A stretch of 36,911 bases of DNA. Source: Candidatus Parvarchaeota archaeon (GTDB taxonomy: Archaea > Nanobdellota > Nanobdellia > JAAOXT01). Within the stretch, counting starts at the first letter, position 1; each line of letters opens with the position of its first letter. The stretch lies in contig JAFCDO010000006.1 of assembly GCA_017609605.1 (NCBI GenBank), forward strand, positions 1 to 36,911, read 5' to 3'. Shown here in pieces: positions 33,823-36,911 of this stretch. The notes beneath the pieces were generated by a model. That model ran no database searches. It was not told where the DNA came from and saw only the letters and a program-made list of their open reading frames with translations. The position numbers and the translations under genes are program-made.

Positions 33823-34651
33823 TTTTGTATCCCCCTATTTTCCTCCCAACATAATCTATGAGTTCTGTCAAAAAAGCTTTTGGATTTGGAGAAGAAAACG
33901 CTTTTCTAAGTCGAGGCGTGTAATTGTTGTACCAAATGTTTTCTGTTATCTTCGGATTTCTTTTTTCCAAATATTTTTCTCCAGAACCATACTTTATAGC
34001 TTTTCTAAAATGTTGAAGTAGATTGTGTTTATGACAATGAAGGACAATCATGTTTGGGTTGAAAAGAAGCATACGATTTTTTTCTATTGCTCTCCATTGT
34101 AAGTCCAAGTCTTCACAGCCCTTCCCATCAAAATCTATGTCAAAAAAAGTTTCTGATAGAAATTCTTTTCTTATAGCCATGTTCTGACCTGAAATTAAAT
34201 ACATTTGTTTGAAATTATTTTTATTAAAAAGTCTCTTCCCTCGCTCAGAATGTTTTCCCGATCTTTTTTTGTATTTTATCTCTCTAAAATCGTTAAAAGG
34301 CATTTTTTGGGATAATCTTCTGCCATAAACAATATCTACATTTTTGGGAATTTTATCAATTTCTTTAATCCAATTTTTTGATGGTATGCAATCCCCATCA
34401 GTAAAGGCAATAATGTTTCCAGAACTCTTTTTAAATCCTAAATTCCTGGATTTTGAAATTAATAGACTTCTGCTCGAAAAAAATTTTTTACAGCTAACTG
34501 AATCAATAAGTTTCTTTGTTTTTTCATCACAATCGTCAGCCATGAGTATCAACTCATACGGTTTTTGTGAAAGAATGTTTTTAAGACATTTATCAATCAC
34601 CAATGATTTGTGTACTGAAACAACAACTGAAATTTTATTCTTGAATACCAG
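33815..34651 (-). CDS. Glycosyltransferase family 2 (GT-A), probable CTG start at 34651
   Basis: KISVVVSV first strand lies upstream of the tracked TTG; SRNLG, FTDGDC, GQNMAIRKE and EDLDL motifs. Confidence 0.85.
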   Translation of the reverse strand: MVFKNKISVVVSVHKSLVIDKCLKNILSQKPYELILMADDCDEKTKKLIDSVSCKKFFSSRSLLISKSRNLGFKKSSGNIIAFTDGDCIPSKNWIKEIDKIPKNVDIVYGRRLSQKMPFNDFREIKYKKRSGKHSERGKRLFNKNNFKQMYLISGQNMAIRKEFLSETFFDIDFDGKGCEDLDLQWRAIEKNRMLLFNPNMIVLHCHKHNLLQHFRKAIKYGSGEKYLEKRNPKITENIWYNNYTPRLRKAFSSPNPKAFLTELIDYVGRKIGGYKNV

Positions 34652-34708
34652 TTAGCTCCTCCCCCTCCATTTCTGTTTAAATAAACATTTTTTTAGTTTA
34701 AAAAAATT

Positions 34709-34805
34709 ACTAAAAAAAGTTGTTGTCAAAAAATATGCGGAACTTTAAATGTTTGGAGATAGGAACGCTGTCAAAGTCAGGGAAGGTTTTGAGAAACCTG
34801 TGTGA
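34709..34805 (+). repeat. Decayed, internally deleted copy of the tgtA 3' end (right repeat)
   Basis: Two tgtA-matching blocks joined at an AACGC microhomology; ends GTG TGA where tgtA ends GTG TAA. Confidence 0.9.
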
Positions 34806-35413
34806 AACGGTTTACTGGTTAAACACCTACTTTTTTTCTTGAACCATAAAAGATATTTTCGAAAAAATATTCCAAAAAAAATGATTATGCCTAATAGTTT
34901 GAAAAGTTTAGCGCTTAATAGGTGTGTTTTCTTCCAGACTTCGTCATTACTTATGGTCCAAGGAGTTCTAATTCCTATAAACCAATTTCTTTTTAATTTT
35001 TTCATAAACATTCCAATACCGAAAAAGAGTAAACTTAATGCAGGCATTAACATTGTTGTCATATCAAAATCATAATTTAAATTAGCTAATATTGTTAAAA
35101 TAAAAGTATAAAACAAAAATGATATGAAAACTAATATGAATACATCATAATGTTTTCTAAATTTTTGTATGTTTTTTTTTAAAGGATCTATTTTTGGGAT
35201 TAAAAGGAATAACGAGTATAATCCAATAAGCGTTAACGGAAACAAAAATACTCCCCAAAATTTTGACATGTAATTATCGACTTCTCCTTTCGCATTCCAA
35301 TGAGATGCAACTTTATCCCCTTCAATTCTTTGATAGGAGTATATTGCTATCACAAACGATAATAGGATTATCAAAACAATAGCGATTGTTGTTTTTTTCA
35401 TTGTTATGTTCAT
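34745..35413 (-). CDS. sdpI: SdpI/DUF1648 family membrane protein with replaced C-terminus
   Basis: ASHWNAKGEVDNY, PKIDPLKKN and RNWFIGIRTPWT---EVWKKTH motifs; after LLWF the ORF reads into the antisense tgtA remnant. Confidence 0.85.
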   Translation of the reverse strand: MNITMKKTTIAIVLIILLSFVIAIYSYQRIEGDKVASHWNAKGEVDNYMSKFWGVFLFPLTLIGLYSLFLLIPKIDPLKKNIQKFRKHYDVFILVFISFLFYTFILTILANLNYDFDMTTMLMPALSLLFFGIGMFMKKLKRNWFIGIRTPWTISNDEVWKKTHLLSAKLFKLLGIIIFFGIFFRKYLLWFKKKSRCLTSKPFHTGFSKPSLTLTAFLSPNI

Positions 35414-35543
35414 TCTACGCTGATTCTACTTAAATTCTTTGTACGGGGAAAATGTCATATCAAATTTATCTCCAATAAATTTCTGCGAAACTAAACAAAG
35501 AAATTAAACAAAATAAAAAAAAATTAAAGAAAAGAAGAATTTT

Positions 35544-35696
35544 TTACTCTTCTTCTGAAAAAGCTTTAATTGCTTCAAAGTTTTCAACGATTAACTTGGC
35601 TTTTGTTTTGCCGAAACTAAAAGGGTACTTTGAGTCGTTGTCTCCTTTCAAAACAATTAATTTATGTCCTTTGTATTCTGAAAACTCAACTGGCAT
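35544..35696 (-). CDS. Small protein, 50 aa, absent from the ORF track
   Basis: Manual translation MPVEFSEYKGHKLIVLKGDNDSKYPFSFGKTKAKLIVENFEAIKAFSEEE; fills the gap, with a TTTAAA box ~25 nt upstream and a T-rich tract downstream. Confidence 0.75.
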   Translation of the reverse strand: MPVEFSEYKGHKLIVLKGDNDSKYPFSFGKTKAKLIVENFEAIKAFSEEE

Positions 35697-35738
35697 CCTA
35701 ATTTTTAGCATGAAACCATTTAAAAAACTTACTGAGGT

Positions 35739-36911
35739 TCAACCGATTTGGCTCATAAGACTTACTATTGATTGTAGGGACGTGATTATTCTGAAGAGTT
35801 GTGTTGGAGGTTCAACCCGAACTTTTCCTGTTAGGATTCCGTTAATCATTGAACCTAAAATCTTAATCATTACTGCTGGTCCTGGCCCGTCTTGCGGTCC
35901 TCCAAAACCTCCTTTCTGGTCTTCCCAGTGAGGTGTTTCCGTGCGGACGCCCTCAACTTCTTTTGTCTGAGTTTCGATTATGTTGTAGAGGAAGTCAAAT
36001 TCAATGGATATCGTGGCGTCTGGCGAGTCTTCAACAGTCATTTTTTTGACTTCCATTATTATGTCAGGATTGATTTTCATGACGATTTGCGCCATTGTTT
36101 CGTCTCCGTCAACGAGCTTCAGGCCAATGTTTGCTTCTCCTCCGAAAGAATTGCTTATGCTTTTTATCACGTTGTAAACTTCTTCATTGTTTCTTATTTC
36201 TTCTCTTTCTTCATAAGTCGGTCCTTCAACCACTCCTTCGCCGAGTTCTTGGTCAAAGTTTTTCTTGAATTCTTGTTTTATCATCTCTTTTGTGGGGAAG
36301 ATCCATACTTGCATGTAGGCGTGTGGAACTGTTAGTTCTTTGCCAAAAGCTGTTGTGGACTTCCACTCTTCCCAAACCTTTATGCTTCCGAACTCGTTGC
36401 TTCCTTCAGCAGTTATCAAGTTAAATCCTTCCGGCCAGCTATCTTCTTCCAAGCATTCCATGGTTGTATGGGCGATTCGTTCAGTGTTTCCCATAAGCCT
36501 GCCGTAGAGTTCGCCGAATCCTCTCATGTGTTTATCCCAGTCTTCGAGCGAGCCGCTCACGTATTCGTTTAAGAACCATTGCACGAACTCGTTGTTAAAG
36601 TCTTTTTCAAGTTCTTTTCTTTCTTTTAGCAAATTGTCTAATTCTATTTGACACCAGTCTTTCATGGAGTTCATCATTTCCTGGTCCTTAACTTTTTGGA
36701 GTTCTTCGAGTTTTTGGTCTGAGCCCCACGCGTCAAAGTGGGCTCCAGCCCATTCGTCTCCGTTTGACATTGATGAGCATTCAGCTCTTAGGAGTAATTT
36801 GGCTTTTTCCTCTGTCCACCCTTCTGATTGTTTGCACTCGAACGTGATTACTCGTCTCCAATCACATCTTGATGACGGGCAGTCCGAGTCTTTTTCGCAC
36901 ATTTTTTCTCC
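35739..36911 (-). CDS. Large acidic hypothetical protein, probably 5'-partial
   Basis: Frame is open to the window edge; Cys motif CEKDSDC--C then an acidic helical body; C-terminal segment loosely SCP2-like. Confidence 0.7.
   Translation of the reverse strand, partial: GEKMCEKDSDCPSSRCDWRRVITFECKQSEGWTEEKAKLLLRAECSSMSNGDEWAGAHFDAWGSDQKLEELQKVKDQEMMNSMKDWCQIELDNLLKERKELEKDFNNEFVQWFLNEYVSGSLEDWDKHMRGFGELYGRLMGNTERIAHTTMECLEEDSWPEGFNLITAEGSNEFGSIKVWEEWKSTTAFGKELTVPHAYMQVWIFPTKEMIKQEFKKNFDQELGEGVVEGPTYEEREEIRNNEEVYNVIKSISNSFGGEANIGLKLVDGDETMAQIVMKINPDIIMEVKKMTVEDSPDATISIEFDFLYNIIETQTKEVEGVRTETPHWEDQKGGFGGPQDGPGPAVMIKILGSMINGILTGKVRVEPPTQLFRIITSLQSIVSLMSQIG

Larger units (their letters stand above)
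31229..34708. mobile_element. AT-rich ~3.5-kb acquired cassette between the two tgtA-end copies; no integrase
   Basis: Flanking direct repeat, visible AT enrichment and five overlapping co-oriented genes. Confidence 0.65.

Noticed and set aside
35596-35931. 111-aa + strand ORF
   Set aside because: It is antisense to both the 50-aa gene and the end of the large hypothetical gene.
1-36911. tRNA, rRNA, CRISPR, transposase/integrase genes or stop-codon recoding
   Set aside because: Intergenic gaps are short and AT-rich with no cloverleaf or repeat-spacer pattern, and conserved genes end normally at TAA or TGA.

Overview
Gene-dense archaeal window; DPANN-like affiliation is my inference from gene forms and compact spacing. 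The left ~16 kb is a translation/nucleotide-metabolism core: partial CysRS, aIF2-gamma, S6e, aIF5B, CMK, NDK, ProRS, L24e, S28e, L7Ae, GluRS, RNase J and a Trm9-like methyltransferase. Several orphan genes are inserted into the conserved L7Ae-S28e-L24e-ndk-infB-S6e-eif2g gene order, one of which looks like a longin plus winged-helix protein. The middle holds an AbrB/RelE toxin-antitoxin pair, an endonuclease Q gene split by a 403-aa LAGLIDADG intein, and a gdh-HTH-thioredoxin operon. That operon ends in an apparent single-chain fusion of the two late archaeosine enzymes (RaSEA radical SAM plus ArcS catalytic domain). The right part has a LutA/LutB-like Fe-S pair, HIT, MazG-like and ArcTGT (tgtA) genes. 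After tgtA comes an AT-rich five-gene cassette (GT2-Nudix-GT4-P-loop kinase-HAD) bracketed by a decayed direct copy of the tgtA 3' end. Two small genes missed by the ORF track and three operator-like palindromes were read from the sequence. I saw no rRNA, tRNA, CRISPR array, integrase or transposase. All family assignments come from motif recognition, not database searches.
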